In this document: positions 54,196 to 64,000 of the stretch, piece after piece | How the letters are laid out: the number at the start of each line of letters is the position of its first letter | How positions within the stretch are numbered: position 1 is the stretch's first letter | Assembly (NCBI GenBank): GCA_951406725.2 | Contig: OX597820.1 | Coordinates: 101,122,001-101,186,000, forward strand | Length of the DNA: 64,000 nt | Source of the DNA: Octopus vulgaris | Taxonomy: Eukaryota | Direction: 5' to 3' | Notes under the pieces: model-generated | Told to the model about the DNA's origin: nothing | The model's database searches: none | The model's input: the letters and a program-made list of their open reading frames with translations, nothing else | Made by a program: the position numbers and the translations under genes

Positions 54196-54831
54196 TCTAT
54201 ATATATAAAACTGTAGTTGTGTGAGTGTCTGTCCCCTTCGATTTAGATTCCTAACTACTCCCACATTTTGCGGTACAGTTTAACCAAATTCGGGTAGCTT
54301 ATAGTCGTGATTCATATCGAGCCCGTCTGAATATTAGCGCGCGTCTATGATGAGTCTACGATTTTAAAAATAATTTAACATCATTTTTTATTCCATTTTA
54401 ATGCATAATTTTTCGTGTGTCGATGGCGGCGGAGTTGGCGTCCACGCTCACACCTGCACCTGTGGGGAAGGGTGTGTAAGGAAATCAACGTCGTAATGCG
54501 TTGTCAAGGAGACCAGTGTTCTTTTAGAACAACGACTTCATGGCTTGAAGACACCAAAACAGAAATGGCTAAGAAAGTGTCTACATGAGTCTACGATTTA
54601 AAAAAAAATTTACCATCGTTCTTTTTCCATTTTAATGCATTTTTTCGCTATTATATAAGGGAAGTAACTCTCTAAAAATGTCTACGATGAGTCAACGATT
54701 TAAAAAAAATTTACCATCATATTTTTTCCATTTTTAATGCATTTTTTGCTATTTTTTGGCTATAACTCTCTAAAAATGCTTATATAGTTATTTCCCTTAC
54801 AAACCCGAGCAACGCCGGGCGATACTGCTAG
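54196..54831 (+). mobile_element. Non-autonomous Helitron (longer variant)
   Basis: 5' TC, 3' CCCGAGCAACGCCGGG hairpin plus CTAG, A|T target; extra internal segment ~54410-54580. Confidence 0.9.
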
Positions 54832-55444
54832 TATATATATATATGTATGTATGTGTGTGTGTGTTTGTGTGTCTGTGTTTGTCTCCCTAGCATTGCTTGA
54901 CAACCGATGCTGGTGTGTTTACGTTCCCGTCACTTAGTGGTTCGGCAAAAGAGACCGATAGATTAAGTACTAGGCTTACAAAGAATAAGTCCTGGGGTTG
55001 ATTTGTTCGACTAAAGGCGGTGCTCCAGCATGGCTGCAGTCAAATGACTGAAACAAGTAAAAGAGTAAAAGAGTAAGCAAATAAATAATCTCATATCTTA
55101 GATATTGTACCACCTGTAATTAGGTTACTTAATAGGATCTTTCTATAACTTCTTTATATTAATTAAGTCTCAGAACTAATTAGGTTACTTAATTGGAATT
55201 GTATGCTGTTGCTTGGAATAATTCAAGTTGATCCGATTCTTTTTATCTTTCATTGCTCATACAGTTAATTGTATTTCTGTATTTTCTTTTAAACCATGCC
55301 AACATGGAAAATGGACACTAAACAATGACAATGATGATGATGATGTTGATGGTTGTGGTGGTGGCAGCAGTGGTGTTGTTGTTGATAAAGGTGGTGATGA
55401 TGGTGGTTTTGGTAGTGGTGATGATGATGATGATGATGATGATA

Positions 55445-55662
55445 CAGGGTGTCCATAATTTATCTTTACAATAGAAAAATTCAGAAAAAAAAAATCAAAT
55501 TAGAAATAAGGCTAACTCATCAGAGTTGATAGGCAAACAAATGAAGATCTATTAGAAACATCAGAACACTACCATATGAATTCCATCGGTTGCTCGCAAC
55601 ACTTCTAGATGACACAATGCAATAAATTGTGGAAATTGTAAAGATAATTTACGAACACCCTG
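55445..55662. mobile_element. Tc1/mariner MITE with TA TSD
   Basis: 28-bp TIRs CAGGGTGTCCATAATTTATCTTTACAAT / ATTGTAAAGATAATTTACGAACACCCTG, flanked by TA. Confidence 0.9.
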
Positions 55663-56619
55663 TATATACTTCCTTATCAAAAACTATATTGTGTTTGGAT
55701 AAAAGAATGAGTGTTTGGTATAGAAACAAGCATTTTAACTAAAGCTTTAGCTGTGGTTAGATATAAAATCTCTCTTGGTTTACTACAGAATCTTGCATGC
55801 CATTATATGATATATGCTGCATGTTCACTCATGGAAATAATACATGAAACAAACTTTAAAATAACGACAAGACTTTATTCCTCTGCTAAATTATACTGTG
55901 GACTAAAATACTCATCACGAATTCTGTTGGTTGTAAAGTTCATCCATCATTAGAAAAATATTCAACTCTGGCCATCATTGGTTAAAGTGCTTCATTATAA
56001 CAGGAAAATATCATAACACATGCTCCAGGAAAATCTCTCACCTCTCTGCCCATAACAGATTTAACAAAGCTATTTATAGGCAAAAATGGGCTCACAGCGA
56101 TGGTTCAGATTAATTGCTTGAAGATTTATTACATGTAACGTGATTGGATCCGAAATCCATATCCCTGATCAAAATACAAGACTCAACCAAACGTTCCAAA
56201 CTCACATGATAGGTCAAACGATCAATCATTAAAGATTAATGTTTGGAGCCTACTTATGACTGGTTGAACATAAAATTTCAGAAAAGAAATAGGTCCTGCT
56301 ACAGTTTAATTACCATTCTTCAGTTTTTCAAGTAAGAAGGTCTTCTTTTATTGTCTTTCATTTTTTTTGCTTTCATCTTTAGACTGTGGCCTTGCTAGGA
56401 CACAGCCTTGAAGGGTTTTACGGATCAACCTCTGTACTTGTGTTTTTTTTAATCTGGCATTTATTCTATCAGTCTCTTTTGTAAAAATGTTAAAAGTTAC
56501 AAGGATGTAAACAAACCAACACCAGTTGTCAAATGATGGGGTAGAGGAGAAACTCAGACACAAACACACACACACACCAGGCTTCCACACAGTTTCTGTC
56601 AATCCTCTATATTTTAGGG

Positions 56620-57330
56620 GGCTTTGCCATCCAGAATACAGATGTCTAAAGTAACTGGGACAACATCAAACACAGGTCTACCTTCAGGCAGACTGAGGCT
56701 TCTTTGAACTAACACCACCTTAGCTGACTCCATTCTGCTTCACAGTCAAACAGTCAATTTAGTACCCTCCCCATCAACTGGTACCTTTCTTGATGATGAG
56801 TGCACTCGTACTGGGGTGGCCCACTACCTTGGTCTCCACAATTGTAAGCCAGACAAATGCTACTGTGGAGCTGTAGTTGATGAATTCAACCTGCATCCAT
56901 TATCTGTTTCTTTATTACCCACAAGGGGCTAAACACAGAGGGGACAAACAAGGACAGACAAACGGATTAAGTCGATTAAATCGACCCCAGTGCATAACTG
57001 GTACTTAATTTATTGACCCCGAAAGGATGAAAGGCAAAGTCGACCTCGGCGGTATTTGAACCCAGAATGTAACAGCAGATGAAATACGGCTACGCATTTC
57101 GCCCGGCGTGCTAATGTTTCTGCCAGCTTGCCTTGACTGGCTGCTATCAGTTTATACCACTTGCCTTCAATACCTCAGGAGTTCTTGGACTCTGCACAGC
57201 TGATTTCCTCCATAAAATTGGGATGACAGAAGTCTGTCTGAGAAACGAGCCCTGCAAGGTGTGATAAAGGTGGTGGTGGTGGTGGTGGGGGTGGCTGTGG
57301 TAATGCTTTTGCTATTATATCTGCAGGGCA
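56620..57330 (+). mobile_element. CRE-like LINE 3' fragment interrupted by a family B SINE (56905-57135)
   Basis: GTFLDDECTRTGVAHYLGLHNCKPDKCYCGAVVDEFNLHPLS, then YQFIPLAFNTSGVLG...FLHKIG and GNAFAII. Confidence 0.7.
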
Positions 57331-57611
57331 CAGCTAAACACACCATTCAGACTGAGGTGTATAGCTTATTACTCCTCCCCCTCCCCACTTCTTTTGTTGC
57401 TTAATTCCCTTTTCCTTTTTCTTTATTTCCTTGTTGAAGTAATTTTGGGGTTGCTGGTTCGGCAGGTGATTTCTGATTTCACTTATATTTTTCTAAAGCG
57501 AAATATCCCCTAAATTTTTAGATAATTTAATCTTTTTGTAATTTTATTTTTGATTTTCACTTTTTTTTTTGCTTAAATAAAGATTTTTGTTTTCTTCTAA
57601 AATACTATTAA

Positions 57612-58018
57612 TACTCTTTTACTCTTTTACTTGTTTCAGTCATTTGACTGTGGCCATGTTGGAGCACCGACTTTAGTCGAGCAACTCGACCCCAGGACTT
57701 ATTCTTTGTAAGCCTAGTACTTATTTTATTGGTCTCTTTTGCCGAACCACTAAGTGATGGGGACGTAAACACACCAGCATCGGTTGTCAAGCGATGTTGG
57801 GGGGACAAACACAGACACACAAACATATACACACATACATATATACATATATACGACAGGCTTTTTTCAGTTTCCATCTACCAAATCCACTCACAAGGCT
57901 TTGGTAGGCCCGAGGCTATAGTAGAAGACACTTGCCCAAGGTGCCTCACAGTGGGACTGAACCTGGAACCATGTAGTTCATAAGCAAGCTACTTACCACA
58001 CAGCCACTCCTGCGCCTA
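57612..58018 (-). mobile_element. SINE family A
   Basis: Full reverse copy. Confidence 0.9.
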
Positions 58019-58572
58019 TAATGATTAAGCAAATTTAATATTTGTGTGAAAAACAAGTCCACCAAATTCACTCACAAGGCATTTGTTTTCCCAGGGTTGC
58101 CCAAGATGCCACACAGCAGAGTTGAACCTAAAATCACATGGTTACAAAATGGGCTTCTTAACCAAACAGCTATGCTTATGCTTTAAAAAAACTGTGATAA
58201 TGAAATAAGCTGTATGTGTTATATTAATTCCCTTTACATTGCTCATAGATTGGTTTCAAATTTTGGCACAAGGCCAGCAAGTTTGGGGAGTAAGTCAATT
58301 ATATTGACCTCAGTGCATAACTGGTACTTATTTTATTAAGCCTGAAAGGATGCAGGGCAAAGCCAGCCATGGCAGAATTTGAACTTAGAACAAGAAGACA
58401 GACAAAATTCTGCAAAGCATTTTACTGACATGCTAATGATTTTACCAGCTCACTGCATTTCCATTGCTCATAGATCAACTTCTAAAACTGATATTTGTAT
58501 TTAATTATATGATATTAAACATTATAAAATATTCTAATAATTCAATTCATGTTAAATGTGAAACTGTAGCAA

Positions 58573-58894
58573 TATTTCGTTTTGGGATTTGGTTTGCAAG
58601 ATTCTTTATATGAGTTCATGTTGAAACATATTCTATTGTGTCTGGGGGGAGTCATTTTCTTTTTGTGCCTTATTGTGTAACACACTCACCGGTAAAATTT
58701 CCACTTATTTCTTATTTTTATTTTCCTAAAATTTTCGTTGCGTCTTGCAACCTTTTCAATAGTCTTGACTCTGTCCGTTATTTACACGGACAGAGTCAAG
58801 ACCACTGAAAAGGTTGCAAGTGCAAGACGCAACGAAAATTTTAGGAAAATAAAAATAAGAAATAAGTGGAAATTTTACCGGTGAGTGTGTTACA
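58573..58894. repeat. Fold-back element 10 (arms 58676-58894, left extension) with 12-bp TSD
   Basis: Homologous to 22677-23035; TGTAGCAATATT at 58565-58576 and 58898-58909. Confidence 0.95.
58726..58762 (-). ncRNA. Putative minimal hammerhead ribozyme, U3:A8 variant
   Basis: CTA-TTGAAAA-G-GTTGC-AAGAC-GCAAC-GAA-A-AT-T-T-TAG. Confidence 0.55.
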
Positions 58895-59339
58895 TTATGT
58901 AGCAATATTATGTTACCTATACACAATACAAACTATGGTTTTGGATTTGGTATAGTTTTTTTTAATAGAGGTTAGTAAGAATTCCTGTTACATTGAATTA
59001 ATTGTTATTGTATTGTGAAATTATTTCTTATTTTATCTATAGTTCTTATAACAATGTTATTTTATATTTTCTTGTCAAGGTTGGTTTATATCAAGTCTTT
59101 CAGTTATATTTTTATATAATTTTTGCTTACTCATACTTGAGCATTATTCTTAACCTGTTGGATATATTTCTAATACACACTCAGTCACGCATGTACAGCA
59201 CAGTGAATCAATTTAATATTTCAAGTATATTTATAGTATAGTTATAGTTAAGTGTAGTATGATATGTTATGGTCCTTTTCGTCTATTTGTTTGCCCACTC
59301 GTCTGTCTGTCTGTATGTATGCTTGTATGTATGTGTGCG

Positions 59340-59387
<48 letters not shown>

Positions 59388-59439
59388 CATATATATATCA
59401 TCATCATCATCATATATGTATGTATATATATAATCATCA

Positions 59440-60097
59440 TCATCGTTTAACGTCTGCTTTCCATGCTAGCATGGGTTGGATGATTTGACTGAGGGCTGGC
59501 GAACCAGATGGCTGCACCAGGCTACAATCTTGATCTGGCAGAGTTTCTACAGCTGGATGCCCTTCCTAACGCCAACCACTCCGAGAGCGTAGTGGGTGCT
59601 TTTACATGCCAACAGCACGGGGCCAGTCCAGTGGTACTGGCAATGACCTCGCTCAAATCTTTTACACATGCCACCAGCACAGGTGCCAGTAAGGCGATGC
59701 TGGTAACAATCACGCTCAAATGGTGTCTTTTATGTGCCACTGGCACGGAGGCCAGATAGCCGCTCTGGCAATGATCATGCTTGGATGGTGCTCTTAATAC
59801 CCTACTAGCATGGGGCTCGAGTGCCACTGGCACAGTAGCCGGTTAGCCGCACTGTCAATGATCACACTCGTATGGTGCTCTTTGCACCCCGCTAGCACGG
59901 ACGCCAGTCATCGAATTTGATTTTGATTTCACTTTCCTCAACAGGTCTTCACAAGCAGAGTTTTTGTGTCCAAAGAAGTAAAAGGTACACCTAGTGTGCT
60001 GGTTATGCCCCTGGCATAGGCCATGAAATTATGGTCTCATTTGGCTTGCTGGGTCTTCTCACACACGGCATATTTCCAAAAGTTTCGGTCACTAGTC
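59440..60097 (-). mobile_element. RTE-tailed element with internal subrepeats (long copy)
   Basis: Reverse homolog of 10985-11560 and 61030-61570. Confidence 0.8.
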
Positions 60098-60128
<31 letters not shown>

Positions 60129-60234
60129 AATACATATATACACATATATATATAAAAAAGTATGTATACATGTCTCTATGTCTGTCTGTCTCTCCGTCTG
60201 TATATATGTATGCATGTCTATATGTCTGTCTATA

Positions 60235-60469
60235 TTCTCTTTTACTCTTCTACATGTTTCAGTCATTTGACTGCGGCCATGCTGGAGCACCACCTTTAGT
60301 CAAAGAAATCAACCCCAACACTTATTCTTTGCAAGCCTAGTACTTATTCTATTGATCTCTTTTGCTGAACTGCTAAGTTTCGGGGACATAAGTACACTAA
60401 CATCGGTTGTCAAGTGATGGTGGTGGGGGGGGGGGACAAACACAGACACAAAGACACACACACACAAAA

Positions 60470-60563
<94 letters not shown>

Positions 60564-60725
60564 GACGTACTTCTTTCAGTTTCCATCTACCAAATCCACT
60601 TACAAGGCTATGATCAGCCTGAGGCTATAGTAGATGACACTTGCCCAAGATGCTACACAGTGGGACTGAACTTGAAACCATGTGGTTGGGAAGCAAGCTT
60701 CTTACCACACAGCTACTCCTGTGTC
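60235..60725 (-). mobile_element. SINE family A
   Basis: Full reverse copy. Confidence 0.85.
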
Positions 60726-61029
60726 TGTGTGTATTTTTCATTTGAGTTTATGTAAATTCTTATTGAGTGAGTTCAAGCCAGTTGCTAACAGAGCAAGAAG
60801 ACTTTTTGAGTTAAGAGAGTTCCTGATGTTTGTATATATGTAGTTGAGTCAACATGCTGGTTGAGCTGTTGATGCACAAACCCAAGTACATGCATCTCTT
60901 CATCTAAAGAATCTCAGAATATCTTTGGAATGTCTTAGAAAACTTCATTGATAGGATTTGGAGAAATCACATACATACATACATACATACATACATACAT
61001 ACATACGTACATACATACATACATACATA

Positions 61030-61570
61030 GGGCTAGTGAGACCATAACCCGTGGCCTCTACATGGGATGTGCCAGTCCACTTATGCATACCTTTCCTTCT
61101 TAGGACACAAAACTCTACTTGTGAAGACCTGTTGAGGCAAGTGAGAATCGAAATCGATCAACATCAATGGAAATTGCAGCTGTGATACCAGTGCCAGTGG
61201 CACGTAAGAGAACCATCCGAACGTGGCCGTTGCCAGCGCCGCCCCGACTGGCCTCGTGCCGGTAGCACGTAAAAAGCACCATCCGTTCATGGCCGTTGCC
61301 AGCCTCGCCTGGCCCCCGTGCCAGAGGCATGTAAAAAGCACCATCCAATCGTGGCCGTTTGCCAGCCTCATCTGGCACCTGTGCTGGTGGCACGTAAAAA
61401 GCACCCACTACACTCATGGAGTGGTTGGCGTTAGGAAGGGCATCCACCTGTAGAAACATTGCCAGATCAGACTGGGCCTGGTGCAGCCTTCTGGCTTCCC
61501 AGACCCCAGTTGAACCGTCCAACCCATGCTAGCATGGAATGCGGATGCTAAACGATGATGATGATGATGA
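61030..61570 (+). mobile_element. RTE-tailed element with four ~62-bp subrepeats
   Basis: Units near 61191, 61256, 61318, 61381; GAT tail. Confidence 0.8.
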
Positions 61571-61581
61571 TACATACATAC

Positions 61582-61612
<31 letters not shown>

Positions 61613-62059
61613 TATACGCACATATGTGTGTAGTTAGACTTAGAAAGATTCCTAAAAAGAATGATTCTTGTGATTTTAGTCCAGACATCCCAACTTGCCC
61701 CACTGGAATGGAGTAACCTGGAATGGGGGCATGTTGGAATACTCCGGTAATTATAGGACAGCTGGGATTCCTTCAAACAAGAGAAAGAACCGTTGATGAT
61801 TCTTTATCCAAGTGGCTGTTTTTAAATGACTTGGTTGACTGTAAAATTCTAAGATTGAGAATGCAGCCATGAGATGAATGTTTCATATCTAAGCATATAG
61901 GGAATCATTCCAATTATGGAAGCAGAGAAACTGGATGTAAAAATGTTAAAATAAAAGTCTCACATGCATTTTGTTTTCCTCACTAAAAGTAATTACCCTC
62001 CCAGTTTTTTTATTATTATTAATGTTGTTATTATTAAGGCAGCAAGCTGCCAGGCAAAG

Positions 62060-62705
62060 ATCCTTAAATCCTTAAAAATGTTTTAGCCCAAAGGCTGCGG
62101 CCATGCTGGGGCACCACTGCTGAATGAGCTACACTAATATGTGAATCCACCTCTGATATGTGGCACTTGGTCAACAAGGGAGTTCAATGCCGCTGCCCGC
62201 ATCTGTGTCTCCTGTCGTGAGGTAGGTTCATCTGGGACCCCCGACAAGAAGAGAACCAGTTTAGTTTTAAAGAAACCCACATCCACACCATACAAGTCTC
62301 TCAGGCATTTAGGGAGGATGTTAAAGAGCTGTGGTCCTCTGAAACCCAAGCTGTTGCAGTATCTGGTCCTGTATTTTGATGGTGATGTTGGAATCTTTGG
62401 CACCATGCAGTGGCACCCCGTTCTGCGGTTGGGGCAACTTTGAATGCCAAAGTTTGGGACAAGACCCTCCAGGATTTTCCAGATGTATATCACCACATAT
62501 CTCTCCCGTCTTCACTCTAGGGAGAAGAGTTTTAATACTTTCAGTCTTTCCCAGTGGCTGATATGTTGCATTGAGACGATCTTCTTTGTGTAGCTTCTTT
62601 GAATTGCTTCGAGTTCTGCTGTTAGTTTTATATTGTGTGGTGACCATAGTTGGGAGCAGTAGTCCAAGCGGCTGAGGACGAAAGTTTTCCACAGGACCAA
62701 GATGT
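62060..62705 (-). mobile_element. CR1/L2-group LINE 3' fragment inserted in a family B SINE
   Basis: LWKTFVLSRLDYCSQLWSP...LEAIQRSYTK; IYIWKILEGLVPN...FRGPQLFNILPKCLR. Confidence 0.9.
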
Positions 62706-63175
62706 TTAACATCATTTCATCCGTCTTTATGCTCTGAGTTCAAATTCTGCTGAGGTTGACTTTACTTTTCATCCTTCTGAGGTTGATAAAATGAGTATCA
62801 GCTGAGCATTGGGGTCAATGTAATTGACTTACTCCCTTCCCCTAAATTGCTGGCTTTGTGCCAAAATTTGAAACCATTATTGTTATTATTATTATTAAGG
62901 TGGCAAGCTGGCAGAACCATTAGCATGCTGGGCAAAATGCTTAGCAGCATTTCATCCGTCTTTACATTCTGAGTTCAAATTCTGCTGAGGTTGGCTTTGC
63001 TTTTCATCCATTTGAGGTCGATAAATTAAGTACTGGGGTTGATGTAATTGACTAACCCCATCTCACCAAAATTTCAGGCATTGTGCCTATAGTAGAAAGG
63101 ATTATAATAATAATTATTATTGTTATTATTATGATATTTTAAAAATATTGATGTAACTCTTCGCAAAGGTAAATT

Positions 63176-63454
63176 GACAATATGAAGAGTGCGATGTGAT
63201 TGCAATAGATATTTTATTGGTTGAATGATATTTTGACAGCTAGCATTTCTTTTTCTATTTACCAGTTGTAAACTTGAAAATTGAAGACTGATGATGTCAT
63301 TCCATCAACGTGAGAGCACTGGTTACCCTCGTTCAAATTTTGAATTTCTATGTATCACTTTTCATTTTGAACTTGACAAAGACAGGCTAGCTGTCAAAAT
63401 ATCGTTCAACCAATAAAATATCTGTTGCAATAGTATTGCGCTCTTTGCATTGTC
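63176..63454. repeat. Fold-back element 11 (arms 63176-63244 and 63386-63454, ~140-bp spacer)
   Basis: TTGCAATAGATATTTTATTGGTTGAATGATATTTTGACAGCTAGC versus GCTAGCTGTCAAAATATCGTTCAACCAATAAAATATCTGTTGCAA. Confidence 0.9.
63367..63409 (+). ncRNA. Putative minimal hammerhead ribozyme, U3:A8 variant, G12 replaced by A
   Basis: TTGAAC-TTGACAA-A-GACAG-GCTAG-CTGTC-(A)AA-A-TA-T-C-GTTCAA: 6-bp stem I, 5-bp stem II, UC site. Confidence 0.55.
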
Positions 63455-63694
63455 TATTGTTATTTTTATTTTTGGCAAGCTGGCAGAATTAGTATGCTGG
63501 ACAAAATGCTTTGTGGTATTTTGCCCATCACTACATTCTGAGTTCAAATTCTGCTGAAGTCGGCTTTGCTTTTCATCCTTTTGGGGTTGATAGATTAAGT
63601 ACCAGTGAGACACTGGGGTCAATGTAATTGACTAATCACCTCCCACAAAATTTCAAGGCTTTGTGCCTTTAGTAGAAAGGATTGTTATTATTAC

Positions 63695-63725
<31 letters not shown>

Positions 63726-64000
63726 GAGTCAGAGAGGAGCACATGCAATCAAAGTGACACTGGGGTACAAATATACGAAACCCAAGATACCCATCATGAC
63801 TACATGTCTGATAAAGGTACACCAAGCACTTGCATCACAACCATATGTGTGCAACATAGTGATTTCATATCAAAATAAACAGTGCATGACCTTGCAGGTG
63901 GGGCCCAGTTAGAATTATCTTCAGGTTCAGTACCCCATCCTGCTCAAAAGATCCCTGAATAAGGTTTAAGAATGTTGAACAAAACACCCATGTTTCCAGA

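Larger units (their letters stand above)
52874..55076 (+). mobile_element. SINE family A split by ~1.8 kb of nested insertions
   Basis: 5' half 52874-53020, 3' half 54832-55076. Confidence 0.75.

Overview
AT-rich eukaryotic DNA, very probably intronic or intergenic sequence from an octopus (coleoid cephalopod). This is inferred from the microsatellite load and the tRNA-derived SINE families and was not confirmed by a search. The window is mostly repeats: at least five tRNA-derived SINE families, an RTE-tailed element, decayed RTE, CR1/L2, R4/Dong and CRE LINE fragments, mariner fragments and MITEs, non-autonomous Helitrons, a ~107-bp tandem array with an internal inversion, and a composite satellite. 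Nearly all ORFs in the track are microsatellite or SINE artefacts. The only non-repeat coding candidates are a 186-aa ORF with clustered SUMO-interacting motifs (26978-27538) and a possible 111-bp exon (13054-13164). The most striking signal is a set of about 11 mostly asymmetric fold-back (inverted-repeat) elements from roughly nine unrelated sequence families, mostly embedded in microsatellites. In five of them (four families) a minimal type-I hammerhead ribozyme (HHR) lies at or next to the hairpin apex and reads outward, and a sixth has only the 3' half of one. Two families carry a compensatory U3:A8 core variant. One element has a 12-bp target-site duplication, and a separate intact HHR lies at 40691-40730. 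These look like ORF-less Penelope-like pLTR/retrozyme derivatives. Repeat boundaries were read by eye and are approximate.
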